From Candidatus Planktophila sp. (GTDB lineage: Bacteria > Actinomycetota > Actinomycetes > Nanopelagicales > Nanopelagicaceae), in assembly GCA_964203475.1 (NCBI GenBank), contig CAXNLR010000004.1, positions 2,073 through 66,072 of the forward strand: 64,000 bases of DNA. Reading direction: 5' to 3'. The notes beneath the pieces are model-generated. The model made no database searches. It saw only the letters and a program-made list of their open reading frames with translations, and had not been told where the DNA came from. Shown here piece by piece: positions 1 to 10,549 of the stretch. A program made the position numbers and the translations under genes. The first letter of the stretch is position 1, and each line of letters begins with the position of its first letter.

Positions 1-202
1 TTTCATCGCCATCTAAAAAGATCTGTCCATCATCGATGGATTCGAGCAAATTAATGCAGCGAAGCAACGTTGATTTACCTGATCCTGAAGCACCGATTAA
101 AACGGTTGCAGTGTGTTCAGGAACTTTCAATGAAAGATCATTTAAGACAAGTTCGGATCCAAAGGATTTACGGATATTGACTAGCTCTAGAACATTACTC
201 AT
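1..202 (-). CDS. Polar amino-acid ABC transporter ATP-binding protein (5' part, runs off window)
   Basis: Manual translation from ATG 202: [27 protein letters not shown]...[26 protein letters not shown]; Walker A and GlnQ-type LLRCINLLE; TAATG overlap with permease stop. Confidence 0.92.
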   Translation of the reverse strand, partial: MSNVLELVNIRKSFGSELVLNDLSLKVPEHTATVLIGASGSGKSTLLRCINLLESIDDGQIFLDGDE

Positions 203-1068
203 TAGATCGCACCCTCTGAATTCTGAGCACTGGTGCGCTGTCTGATGGCACGATCTGTGTAGCGGGTCATCGGAATAGTAATGAGCAAGAACAAGATTGC
301 CGCAACAACGTAAGGGGTGTAATTAAAGGTACGGCTGGCATTAATCTGGGCAGCACGTACGGCATCTGTTACCCCAAGAATTGAAACTAAACCTGTGTCT
401 TTCAAAAGTGATACAAAGTCATTTAACAAAGGTGGAACCACGCGGCGAATTGCTTGAGGCAAAACAACAAAGCGCATTGTTTGACCTGAGGTTAGTCCTA
501 AAGATCTTGCCGCTGCGCGCTGGCTAGGGTGGATAGATAAAATTCCGCTTCGGATAACTTCGGCAACGTAGGCTGAATAGGTAAGCACAACGGCAACAGT
601 TCCTAGAAAGATGACATTGCTGGAAACGCCCTTGAGTCCAAGTGCCGGTACACCAAAACCAACAAGCAAGATAATCAAGATAAGTGGCGCACCACGAAAA
701 ATATCTACATAAGCAGTTGCTAAAAATCTAAATGGCGTGAGTGCTGGGGACTTTGTTGTTCGAAGTAAGGCTAAACCAAGTGCAATAACTCCAATTGCTG
801 CCCCACCAATAAATGTGAGCTGCAGATTAATCCAAAGACCCTTAACTACTGTTGGGAATACTTCTTTGCCGTATTCGATATCAAAGAAGGTAGTTTTAAC
901 AGTTTCCCAGCCGGGTGATGTAACAAGAATCAGGGCCAGTGTGCCAAGTACAAAAATAGAAGATGCCGCAGCAATACCTGCTTGCTTGCGGCTTATCGCG
1001 CGCCTGGATTGGCGGCGTTGAATCTCACGTGAGCTTGGCGACCACGCAGAGCGTTGCTTCTCTGACAT
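202..1068 (-). CDS. Polar amino-acid ABC transporter permease (HisM/GlnP family)
   Basis: [29 protein letters not shown] (EAA loop), VVLPQA, LKDTGL; start ATG 1068 or TTG 1077. Confidence 0.92.
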   Translation of the reverse strand: MSEKQRSAWSPSSREIQRRQSRRAISRKQAGIAAASSIFVLGTLALILVTSPGWETVKTTFFDIEYGKEVFPTVVKGLWINLQLTFIGGAAIGVIALGLALLRTTKSPALTPFRFLATAYVDIFRGAPLILIILLVGFGVPALGLKGVSSNVIFLGTVAVVLTYSAYVAEVIRSGILSIHPSQRAAARSLGLTSGQTMRFVVLPQAIRRVVPPLLNDFVSLLKDTGLVSILGVTDAVRAAQINASRTFNYTPYVVAAILFLLITIPMTRYTDRAIRQRTSAQNSEGAI

Positions 1069-1104
1069 GGTCGCCAAACTACCGTGTTTACTTCTTAGTT
1101 TCTA

Positions 1105-1950
1105 TTACGGCTTCAATACAGGAGCGCCAGCATCAGTTGCTAGCCACTTATCTGTAATTGCTGCCAATGTGCCATCAGCTGTGATTGCATCAACTGCGCC
1201 TGAAACACATGAGGTCAGCTTGCTGCCCTTAGTAAGCAAGAGACCGAACTGATCTCCAGCACCAGTTGATGGAAGCTGTCCAACGATGAGACCGTTTGGA
1301 ACTTCAACACCTGAAAGGTAGAAAGCTGTTGGTAGATCAACAACTAGACCATCGATCTGCTTGTTCTTAAGTGCAGAAACACCAGCAGCGTTGTCGTTAA
1401 ACACCTGAGGTGTTGAGCCAATCTGGTTTGAAATCGCATCTAGTGATGTTGTTCCAACAGCTGCGCCAAGCTTTGCGCCCTTAAGTTCTGCAAGAGTTGT
1501 CTTTCCTTCGATCTTGCTTCCCTTGAATGAAACGATAGCTTGTGGAGCTGTGTAGTAAGGAGATGAGAAATCAACCGCTGTCTTGCGCTCTTCTGTAATT
1601 GAGAATTGCTGCAAGTTGAAGTCAAAGTTCTTTTCTCCTGGTGTCACAGCAGAATCAAATGTGGTGCGGACCCAAACGACATCTGCTGCATCAAAACCGA
1701 GTTGCTTGGCAACTGCGTATGCAACTGCGCCTTCAAAACCATTTCCGGTCTCTGGTGCATCATCGATAACCCATGGGTAGTAAGCAGGCTCGCCTGTTGC
1801 GATTGTTAGCTTGCCTTCAGTAACTGTTGCAAGATCTGCCTTGGCACATGATGCGCTCTCAGATGTTGCTGAATCAGATGAAGAACAGCCTGTCAGTGTT
1901 AGTGCAGCTGCAATTACAACTGCTGAAAAAATTCCAAAACGCTTTTTCAA
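1105..1950 (-). CDS. Amino-acid ABC transporter substrate-binding lipoprotein (SBP family 3)
   Basis: Lipobox LTGC, SITEERKTAVDFSSPYY; AGGAG RBS before TTG. Confidence 0.92.
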   Translation of the reverse strand: MKKRFGIFSAVVIAAALTLTGCSSSDSATSESASCAKADLATVTEGKLTIATGEPAYYPWVIDDAPETGNGFEGAVAYAVAKQLGFDAADVVWVRTTFDSAVTPGEKNFDFNLQQFSITEERKTAVDFSSPYYTAPQAIVSFKGSKIEGKTTLAELKGAKLGAAVGTTSLDAISNQIGSTPQVFNDNAAGVSALKNKQIDGLVVDLPTAFYLSGVEVPNGLIVGQLPSTGAGDQFGLLLTKGSKLTSCVSGAVDAITADGTLAAITDKWLATDAGAPVLKP

Positions 1951-2015
1951 CTCAATCTCCTAAAGTGTCAGGGGATCTTCACTAACCAAACTAACGTGTG
2001 AAGTGCAGTTAGTTA

Positions 2016-2127
2016 GACCCACGCTTGCCGACATAAGTGCTGTCGGCCTGGTCTTCACCCGGAGCACCCCGCCGCGGTGGAGGGTTGCCGTCCAGTTAGC
2101 CGGGGCTTGATTCTGGAACTCATGACC
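2016..2127 (-). promoter_or_regulatory. SAM-IV riboswitch
   Basis: Minus strand reads GGTCATGAGTTCCAGAATCAAGCCCCGGCTAACTGGACGGCAACCCTCCACCGCGGCGGGGTGCTCCGGGTGAAGACCAGGCCGACA...TGTCGGCAAGCGTGGGTC, matching the actinobacterial SAM-IV pattern (GGUCAUGAG, CAAGCCCCGGC, GGCAACC, GACCAGG, GGCAAGCG); lies 5' of an amino-acid transporter. Confidence 0.93.
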
Positions 2128-2284
2128 AAGTGCAAATATTATTGGTAGGTCCACCAGTTGTCGACATGCAAATGAGGTGCAACTGCGCGTGAAATGCACT
2201 CCTACCTGTGAGTTGACGCTTAAATCCCTTGCCACGGCATGAGCCTGCGCTTACCCTTGCGTATTCCAATTTAGGGTGGTCACC

Positions 2285-2767
2285 ATGAAGTACAAGTCTG
2301 TAAAAGGTTTGCTCAAAAGTGATGAGTCGCTGATCCCGGTTACTTTCATCGACAAGCTGGAAGATATTTTGCACGGCTTCCTTGGAATCCTATTGTTTAT
2401 TGTTTCAATCTTGGCCGCTGGTTATAGCTTGCAGCGCCTCATTGAAACTCGTCCATTCTTTCCAGTGGGAATGATCCAAGGAATCAATGACATTTTATTT
2501 GTTGTAATCATTCTAGAAATTATGCGAACTGTGATTGTTCGCTTTACTGATGGAATTTTTCAGCTTGATAACTTCTTGATTATTGGTGTTATCGCAGCAG
2601 TTCGACACATTCTGACAGTTGGTGCATCTCTTACTATGGAGAAAGAAAAGACAACCGAATACTTCAATCGTGCACTTATTGAAATGGGTGTTAATACCGG
2701 AATTGTTTTGGCACTTGTCTTTGCGCTATTTCTTTCTCGCGCAGCCAGAGCTTCATCTAAGAAGTAA
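2285..2767 (+). CDS. Phosphate-starvation-inducible PsiE family membrane protein
   Basis: ILFVVIILEIMRTV and FLIIGVIAAVRHIL motifs, 4 TM; ATG 2285 is 7 nt after TAGGGT. Confidence 0.8.
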   Translation: MKYKSVKGLLKSDESLIPVTFIDKLEDILHGFLGILLFIVSILAAGYSLQRLIETRPFFPVGMIQGINDILFVVIILEIMRTVIVRFTDGIFQLDNFLIIGVIAAVRHILTVGASLTMEKEKTTEYFNRALIEMGVNTGIVLALVFALFLSRAARASSKK

Positions 2768-2797
2768 AAGCACTAGCTCATATTCATGAGCACTTAC

Positions 2798-2882
2798 TGG
2801 TGGCGGGTGAAGGATTTGAACCTTCGAAGGCAGAGCCGGGGGATTTACAGTCCCCTCCCATTGGCCGCTCGGGCAACCCGCC
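2798..2882 (-). tRNA. tRNA-Tyr (GTA)
   Basis: GGCGGGTTGCCCGAGCGGCCAATGGGAGGGGACTGTAAATCCCCCGGCTCTGCCTTCGAAGGTTCAAATCCTTCACCCGCCACCA: cloverleaf, GTA anticodon, long variable arm, encoded CCA. Confidence 0.97.
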
Positions 2883-2988
2883 AAGGTCGAACAAGTACTG
2901 CGGCAATTATGGATAGTGCGAAGGGAAAGGATACCTTAGGCACGTGCGCGCACAAACCGCGCTTTCAACCAGTGAAGGAGCCCACACC

Positions 2989-3480
2989 ATGGCAGCAGAT
3001 AGCAGTTTCGACGTAACCTCCAAGATCGACCGTATGGAGCTCGACAACGCCATTAATCAGGCGGTCCGTGAGATTGAAACCCGCTTTGATTTCAAAAATA
3101 CTGGTTCAAAGATCGAACTCGAAGGCGACAAAGTCTTGATCGAAGCAGACACAGAAGAGCGTGCAAAAGCAGCGCTGGACGTTGTTAAAGACAAGATGAT
3201 TAAACGAGGCGTTTCATTGAAGCACCTTGATGCAGGCGAGCCACAACTGTCAGGAAAGATCTACAAGATTGCCGCTCCTTTGAAGGAGGGCATCTCAACT
3301 GAAAATGCCAAGAAGATTGCAAAGATGATTCGCGATGAGGGTCCAAAGTCAGTTAAGACCCAGATCCAAGGCGATGAACTTCGTGTGACATCAAAGAGTC
3401 GCGATGATCTGCAGGAAACAATGGCCATGGTCAAAGATGGTGGCTGGGACTTTGCAGTTCAATTTACGAACTTTAGATAA
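2989..3480 (+). CDS. yajQ: YajQ family nucleotide-binding protein
   Basis: [40 protein letters not shown]; AAGGAG RBS. Confidence 0.95.
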   Translation: MAADSSFDVTSKIDRMELDNAINQAVREIETRFDFKNTGSKIELEGDKVLIEADTEERAKAALDVVKDKMIKRGVSLKHLDAGEPQLSGKIYKIAAPLKEGISTENAKKIAKMIRDEGPKSVKTQIQGDELRVTSKSRDDLQETMAMVKDGGWDFAVQFTNFR

Positions 3481-4371
3481 TTGAGTAAAAACAAGCTCGG
3501 CCTTCTATTTGGAGTCAGTGCATACTCATTGTGGGGTGCCTTCCCTTTGTATTGGCCTTTGCTTGAACCTGCCAATCCTCTAGAAATTGTTTCGCACAGA
3601 GCTGTATGGACATTGGTCTTTTGTTTTATTGTTTTGGCTGCAACAAAGGCACTTAAATCAACCCTTGCAACTTTAAAACGTCCAACAGTTGCGGTGAAAC
3701 TATTTCTTTCATCCCTTTTAATTTCAATTAACTGGCTTGTCTATATCTGGGCTACAAATAATGAGCATGTAGTGGAAGCATCTTTGGGTTACTACATCAA
3801 CCCACTCATCATTATTGGTTTTGGAGTTATCTTCCTGAAAGAAAAGATGCGGCCATTGCAGTGGGCGGCGGTCTCAATTGCAACTCTTGGGGTCTTGGTC
3901 TTAACTTTCGATTACGGTCGCTTGCCGTGGATTGCATTAGCTCTTGCTCTCTCATGGGGCAGTTACGGATTGATAAAGAAGCAGTTGGGTCTTGGAGCTC
4001 TAGAGGGACTTGCAATTGAAACCTTCATCTCTAGTTTCTTCTATCTGGCATACCTGATTTATATAGGTAATCAGGGCACCGGTCAGTTTGGACATAGCTG
4101 GGGCTTAACAGCTCTACTTATTAGCGCTGGAGCGGTAACTGCAATTCCGCTTCTATTGTTCAACGGCTCAACTAACAGACTTCCATTTACAACTATCGGG
4201 CTGTTGCAATACATAACCCCAACACTGCAATTTTCTATTGGAGTGTGGGTTTTAAATGAAGATATGCCAACTGCTCGTTGGATTGGGTTCTTGGTTATTT
4301 GGGCAGCACTTGTGACGTTAGCTATTGACTTGATTAAATCAAGCAGAACGGTCAATAACAGCGTCGCATAG
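3481..4371 (+). CDS. rarD: EamA family transporter RarD
   Basis: LWGAFPLYW, EASLGYYINPL, GLLQYITPTLQF. Confidence 0.92.
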   Translation: MSKNKLGLLFGVSAYSLWGAFPLYWPLLEPANPLEIVSHRAVWTLVFCFIVLAATKALKSTLATLKRPTVAVKLFLSSLLISINWLVYIWATNNEHVVEASLGYYINPLIIIGFGVIFLKEKMRPLQWAAVSIATLGVLVLTFDYGRLPWIALALALSWGSYGLIKKQLGLGALEGLAIETFISSFFYLAYLIYIGNQGTGQFGHSWGLTALLISAGAVTAIPLLLFNGSTNRLPFTTIGLLQYITPTLQFSIGVWVLNEDMPTARWIGFLVIWAALVTLAIDLIKSSRTVNNSVA

Positions 4372-5328
4372 CGACATCAACGCACCTGTTGCATCATTGA
4401 TAGGCAATGGGCCAAGTGCTCCGCGCGCTTGTTTTGCGACTTGATGAAGTTGTTCGCGAGCCTCATCCAGTGCTTTGTGATTACGCAAAGATTTTAGTAC
4501 TTGCTGAACAGTTGTTTCATCCTCAATAGGTCCACTTAGTAAACGCTTTAGCTCAGCATCTGCTGGCTCATTTGATTTCATAACATTTAAAGTCACCAGT
4601 GTTGGAACTCCCTCACGTAGATCTGTTCCTGGAGTCTTTCCTGATTGATTTGATTCACTGGCAATATCAATAACATCATCTGCTAACTGAAATGCCACAC
4701 CGATCTTTTCACCAAAGACTGTAACTGTTTCGGTGATGTCTGCAGGTGCACCAGAAATCATCCCACCATATCGAGCTGAAGCTGCAATTAAAGAGCCAGT
4801 CTTGTCAGCGACAACCTTTAGATAATGTTCCAGTGGATCTTGGCCAGGGTTTGGACCTTGCGTTTCCATGATCTGTCCAATAACTAAACGCTCAAAGGTT
4901 CGTGCTTGCAGACGAACTGCTGCTGGACCAAGGTCTGCCAATAAATCAGATGATTTAGCGAATAAGAAATCTCCCGTGAGAATTGCAATGGTGTTTCCCC
5001 AACGCATGTTGGCACTTTCCACTCCGCGACGAAGTGGTGCCTCATCCATAACATCATCGTGATACAGGGTTGCAAGGTGGGTAATCTCGCAGGCAACAGC
5101 TGCGGCGATGATGCCATCGCGGGTTGGATCCCCGTATTGCGCCGTTAAAAGGGTTAAAAGTGGGCGTAGTCGCTTCCCACCTGCTGCCACAAGGTGATGG
5201 GCGGTCTCATCAACAAATGGGTATTCACTGCGAGTGTGACTTCGTAGCAACGCTTCGACATCGGCCATTTGGCTTATTAATTGCGCCTCTAAAACAGGTG
5301 CAACATTTGGAATGCCGAAGGTGGACAT
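4339..5328 (-). CDS. Long-chain polyprenyl diphosphate synthase
   Basis: GGKRLRP, HDDVMD..LRRG (FARM), FQLADDVID (SARM), GKTPGTDLREG. Confidence 0.93.
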   Translation of the reverse strand: MSTFGIPNVAPVLEAQLISQMADVEALLRSHTRSEYPFVDETAHHLVAAGGKRLRPLLTLLTAQYGDPTRDGIIAAAVACEITHLATLYHDDVMDEAPLRRGVESANMRWGNTIAILTGDFLFAKSSDLLADLGPAAVRLQARTFERLVIGQIMETQGPNPGQDPLEHYLKVVADKTGSLIAASARYGGMISGAPADITETVTVFGEKIGVAFQLADDVIDIASESNQSGKTPGTDLREGVPTLVTLNVMKSNEPADAELKRLLSGPIEDETTVQQVLKSLRNHKALDEAREQLHQVAKQARGALGPLPINDATGALMSLCDAVIDRSA

Positions 5329-6845
5329 TAGCGAATGAAGGTTGCGAGATCAGTAATAAAGCTCAGTAGTGGTGCTGGATAAACTCCCAGCGCCACTGTG
5401 ACAACAAGTGCGATAACAACTGTTGCTTGGGTCAAGATTGAAGGAATCTCAACGCTTGTTCCATCTTCAGTTGCATCTGTAAAGAACATCAAAACAATTA
5501 CACGAATATAGAAAAACGCTGCGATCATAGAAGAAAGCACGCCAGCAATTACGACGCCCTTAGCTCCGCTTTCATAGGCAGCTGAGAAAATAGAGAACTT
5601 TCCAATAAATCCGCTTGTCAGTGGAATTCCTGCAAAAGCTAACAAGAACAGTGCAAATGATGTGGCAGCAAATGGAGAACGCTTTCCTAGACCCTTCCAA
5701 CGGTTTAGATCTGTCACTTCACCAGATGAGTCGCGGACCAGTGTCACAACACCAAATGCACCAACGGTTGCAACACCGTATGCGAATAAGTAGAAGATTG
5801 TTGCATCAAGGCCTGCCTTGTTAAGAGCAATAACACCTGAGAGCAAGAATCCTGCGTGTGCAATTGAAGAGTAGGCCAGCATGCGCTTCACATCGCGCTG
5901 GGCGATTGCAACAAGTGAACCCAAAAGCATGGTCACGATTGCAATACCTGACAAAACCGGAGTCCAAGACCATTGAGCATTAGCAAAGACGGTGTAATAA
6001 ATACGAAGCATTGCGCCAAAGGCTGCAACCTTTGTTGCTGCAGCCATAAACGCAGTTATTGGTGTTGGAGCACCTTGATACACATCTGGTGACCATGCAT
6101 GGAATGGAACTGCGCCAACCTTGAAGAGCAAGCCAATTGATAGGAAAGCAATACCGATAAGAAGCAGAACATCATTTCCGCCCCCACCAACAATTGATTC
6201 ACGAATTCCTGCAAAGGTAATTGAGCCTGAAAAACCATAAAGATAGGCGGCACCAAAGAGGAAAAAGGCTGATGCAAAAGATCCCAGAAGGAAATACTTC
6301 AGCGCTGACTCTTGAGATGCCAGACGGCGACGACGAGAAAGTCCAGCCATCAAATACAAAGGCAGCGAAAGCATTTCTAGTGCCACAAATAGCATGATCA
6401 AATCACTAGCAACAGGGAAAATCATCATTCCTGCAACAGCAAATAATGTAAGTGGATATACCTCAGTAACTTGATTTCCAGCTTGTGCAGCTTCACGTTC
6501 TTCAGCTGAGCCAGGAAGAGCAGCAGCTAGAGGAGTGAAGTGTTCAGTATCTGCAATTAAGAAGATAGAAATAATTGCAATGATAAGAATTGAGGCCTGT
6601 AGTAACACTGCTGGTCCATCAATAACGATTGAGCCCATTGCAGCAGTTAGTGATTGTTCTCCGCGAATGCGCCATAACTGCATTAGTGCAAGAAGCAGGG
6701 TTCCAAGTGTCAGAGTTAGCTGAACAACTGGGCGCAACGCCTTTGATACAAACGCTTCAACCAAGACACCGATGAGTGCGCCGCCAAGGAGAATAAGAAT
6801 TGGTGAAAGTAATGTGTATGAAAGAACTGGCGCTGTAAATGTCAT
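5328..6845 (-). CDS. nuoN: NADH-quinone oxidoreductase subunit N
   Basis: ESALKYFLLG, FKVGAVPFHAWSPDVYQGAP, KRMLAYSSIAHAG. Confidence 0.96.
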   Translation of the reverse strand: MTFTAPVLSYTLLSPILILLGGALIGVLVEAFVSKALRPVVQLTLTLGTLLLALMQLWRIRGEQSLTAAMGSIVIDGPAVLLQASILIIAIISIFLIADTEHFTPLAAALPGSAEEREAAQAGNQVTEVYPLTLFAVAGMMIFPVASDLIMLFVALEMLSLPLYLMAGLSRRRRLASQESALKYFLLGSFASAFFLFGAAYLYGFSGSITFAGIRESIVGGGGNDVLLLIGIAFLSIGLLFKVGAVPFHAWSPDVYQGAPTPITAFMAAATKVAAFGAMLRIYYTVFANAQWSWTPVLSGIAIVTMLLGSLVAIAQRDVKRMLAYSSIAHAGFLLSGVIALNKAGLDATIFYLFAYGVATVGAFGVVTLVRDSSGEVTDLNRWKGLGKRSPFAATSFALFLLAFAGIPLTSGFIGKFSIFSAAYESGAKGVVIAGVLSSMIAAFFYIRVIVLMFFTDATEDGTSVEIPSILTQATVVIALVVTVALGVYPAPLLSFITDLATFIR

Positions 6846-8354
6846 TACTTGCCCCCATTAGTTGGTGCTGGATCTGTGAATCCCATTTGTGAAATCACGT
6901 GTGATGCCGCTGGGTTAATCACATTCAAGAGTGGAGAAGGATAGAAACCCAACACCACAATGATTGCAATAATTGGTGCAATGGCTAACTTCTCACGCAA
7001 GTTAAGATCCTTCAGATTCTCATTACCTGCCGTTGTAGGACCATGCAGAGCTTTCTGAACTGGAATCAAGATGTATAGCGCAGCCAAAACAATTCCGAAG
7101 GTTGCGATGATTGCGTGCACTGGGTAACGAGTAAATGTTCCTACTAGAACTAAGAATTCGCTCACAAAACTTGAAAGACCAGGAAGTGCCAACGAGGACA
7201 AGCCGGCAATAAAGAATGTCCATGCCATAACTGGGGTTACTCGCTGCAGATCCACCAAATTCTGCAATTGTTGAAGAACCACGACGTGAAATCATCCAGC
7301 CGGCAACTAAGAACAGTGCTGCCGTTGAGAAACCGTGGTTAAACATATACAAAATCGCCCCGCTTTGACCTTGTGAGGTCATAGCAAAGATTCCCATAGT
7401 GATGAATCCAAAGTGAGAAATCGATGTGTAGGCGATCAATCGCTTAATGTCCTTTGCGCCAATGGCAAGGAATGCTCCGTAAATAATTGAGATAACAGCA
7501 AGCACCATGATCACTGGCGTGAAAGTCTTACTTGCTTCTGGGAATAAGGTGAGGCAATAACGAATCATTCCGAAGGTGCCGACCTTGTCTAGCACTCCGA
7601 GTAGTAGAACCGATGTTCCTGGAGTTGCAGATTGTGCTGCATCTGGCAGCCATGTGTGGAATGGCCAAACAGGTGCCTTGATGGCAAATGCAATAAAGAA
7701 TCCTAAGAACAAGAGGTTCTGAGTTGTCGATGACATCTGTAGCTCTGAAAGTCTATTGATATCAAATGTGTGACCACCTTGAGCACCTGACATCACATAG
7801 AGCGCGATAATCGATGCGAGCATCAATAATCCACCAACAAGGCTGTAAATCAAGAACTTAACAGCAGCAGCTGAACGCTCACCACTTCCGTAACCACCAA
7901 TAAGGAAGTACACCGGAATCAACATGGCTTCAAAGATTACGTAGAACAAGAAAACATCTGTTGCGGCAAAGACACCGATCATCATTGTTTCAAGAACAAG
8001 AATAAGAATGTAGAAAGTCTTAACACTCCAACGTCCACCGTGTGCCTCATTCCAACCCGCAAGCACAACTACTGGAGCCAAAATCGTAGACATCAAGATA
8101 AGAACTAGCGCGATTGCATCAACACCAAGAGCATAATTAATTCCAAAACTCGGAATCCATGAATACTTCTCTACAAACTGCAAATCCACATTGTCGCGTT
8201 GGAATCTAACCGCCATCGCAATTGTCGCTGCCATAACAACAAGAGTTGTTCCAAGAGCGGCCTGCTTTGCAGCCTTCTCGCTAGCCTTTGGAAGTGCTGA
8301 AATGATTGCAGCACCTGCCAATGGCAGAAGCATTAATAGTGTTAACCACTTCAT
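6845..8354 (-). CDS. nuoM: NADH-quinone oxidoreductase subunit M, split by a 1-bp insertion at ~7250
   Basis: IKAPVWPFHTWLPDA in ORF 7023..8372; LALPGLSSFVSEFLVL in ORF 6845..7282; deleting one base of GGATCTG restores EFGGLQRVTP. Confidence 0.93.
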
Positions 8355-10250
8355 TACTGAACCACCACCCAAATAGCTGCGATCAGTGCAACTGCACCGA
8401 CCAAAATCAATGCGGCATAGCTGCGAACAAAGCCGTTTTGCACGCCTCGAAGTGCCGATCCTGAGCCCATTGCCACCTGTCCAATACCGCGAACAGTCCC
8501 ATCAACTACAGCATTATCTGCTGCAACCAATGTTGTTGTTAATGCCTGGCCAGGACGCATGAATACCGCTTCGTTGAAACGATCCTGCATCAAATCTTGA
8601 CGGGCAATCTTTGTAAAGACTGAAACATCTTCTGGAGCAATGCTTGCAACTTCCCGACGTGAGTACTTAACAAAGGCGATAGCCACACCGATTGCAACCA
8701 TTGTTAAAGCAAGTCCTGAAACAACAATTGGTTCTAGTAAGTGATGTTCGTGCTCTTCATGATGATCAAAGAGTGGATGCAACCAATGTTCTAAGGCATC
8801 ACCACGAGAAAGTAAGTATCCAGATGAGACTGAACCAATTGCAAGAATTGCCATCGGTAGCCACATCAACCATGGCGATTCATGAGGATGAGCATCCTCG
8901 TCCCAGCGCTTTGTTCCGGTGAAAGTAAGAATCATTACGCGAGTCATATAGAAGGCGGTAATTCCAGCACCTAACAATGTAACGCTACCGAGAATAATGC
9001 CCTTTACTCCCCCAGCATTAAACGCCGTTTCAATAATCATGTCCTTGGAATAGAAACCAGCAAATGGTGGAACACCAAGAATCGCTAAATACCCAAGACC
9101 AAATGTCACAAATGTAATTGGCATGAACTTACGAAGTGCGCCGTATTTGCGCATATTTACTTCATCATTCATACCGTGCATAACCGATCCTGCTCCAAGG
9201 AACATTCCGGCCTTAAAGAATCCGTGTGTAAGCAAGTGCATGATCGCAAAGGCATAACCAACTGGGCCTAAGCCAGCTGCAAGAGTCATATATCCAATTT
9301 GAGACATTGTCGAAGCAGCAAGTGCCTTTTTAATGTCATCTTTTGCCGTACCAATTAAGTGCACCAAACATCAGTGTGATTGCGCCAACTATTACGACTA
9401 ATAATTGTGCTGTTGGTGCTGCATCAAAAACAAAGTTAGAACGAGTAATTAAGTAGACACCTGCGGTAACCATCGTTGCTGCGTGGATCAACGCTGAAAC
9501 AGGTGTTGGACCTGCCATCGCATCGCCCAGCCATGCCTGTAATGGGAATTGAGCAGACTTTCCGGCAGCTGCAATCAGCAGCATGATTCCCATGCCTGTC
9601 AGGGCCGCCTCTGATGTGTTATCTACCTGTTCTGCAACGCCTGCAAATGAGACTGTGCCCATGGTTGCAAAAGCAATCATGATTGCAAATGACAAGCCCA
9701 TGTCACCAACACGGTTCATAACAAATGCCTTCTTAGATGCGGTGGCGTAGGCAGGCTTGTGATTCCAGAAACCAATTAATAGGTAGGAGGCAAGACCCAC
9801 GCCTTCCCAACCAACATAAAGGCTGAGGTAGCTATCACCCAATACCAACAACAACATAGCGGCAATAAAAAGATTTAAGTAAGCAAAGAATCTACGACGA
9901 TCGTGATCGTGTGACATGTAAGAAATTGAATAAATATGAATCAAAGTACCGACACCGGTAATCAACAAAACGAAACATATTGAGAGTTGATCGAGTAAAA
10001 GTCCTGCATCGACGTTAAATGTTCCTACATTGATCCACTCAAAAAGCTTTTGAGAAACAGGGCGGGCCTCTTCTGACCGTCCAACCATCTGCGAAAGTTC
10101 GTAAAGTCCAACTCCAAATGATGAAGCTGAAAGCGCGGTTGCAAGTAAGTGGCCCCACTTATTGGTGCGACGTCCACCCAGTAGAAGTAGCGCAGCACCT
10201 GCTAATGGCAACGCAATCAAATAAACGAGGCTAGTAGATGTTGTCATCAC
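8354..10250 (-). CDS. nuoL: NADH-quinone oxidoreductase subunit L, split by a 1-bp insertion at ~9356
   Basis: [35 protein letters not shown] in 5' ORF; [18 protein letters not shown] in 3' ORF; deleting one base of GCACTTAATT restores [11 protein letters not shown]. Confidence 0.93.
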
Positions 10251-10549
10251 TATCGCTTCAACAAACTAGCATCATCAACAGATGCTGATCGACGTGAACG
10301 ATAGATAGTCACGATAATTGCTAAGCCAACAACAACCTCACACGCTGCAACAACCATTGTGAAGAAAGCCATAACCTGGCCATCAAGGTCGCCATTGATG
10401 CGAGAAAAAGTTACAAATGAAAGGTTCGCCGCATTAAGCATCAACTCAATACACATGAAAACAACGATTGCATTACGGCGAACTACTACACCAACTGCTC
10501 CGATAGTAAAGAGAAGTGCTGATATGTATAGGTAATTGGAGGCGTCCAT
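10250..10549 (-). CDS. nuoK: NADH-quinone oxidoreductase subunit K
   Basis: [24 protein letters not shown]. Confidence 0.96.
   Translation of the reverse strand: MDASNYLYISALLFTIGAVGVVVRRNAIVVFMCIELMLNAANLSFVTFSRINGDLDGQVMAFFTMVVAACEVVVGLAIIVTIYRSRRSASVDDASLLKR

Noticed and set aside
2776-2791. Hairpin GCTCAT-ATTC-ATGAGC between the psiE-like gene and tRNA-Tyr as a terminator
   Set aside because: Short stem with no adjacent U-tract; too weak to call
1-2882. Genomic island integrated at the tRNA-Tyr 3' end
   Set aside because: No integrase, no duplicated tRNA 3' end and no obvious compositional shift within the window
2786-3016. 76-aa ORF on the plus strand
   Set aside because: Antisense shadow of tRNA-Tyr
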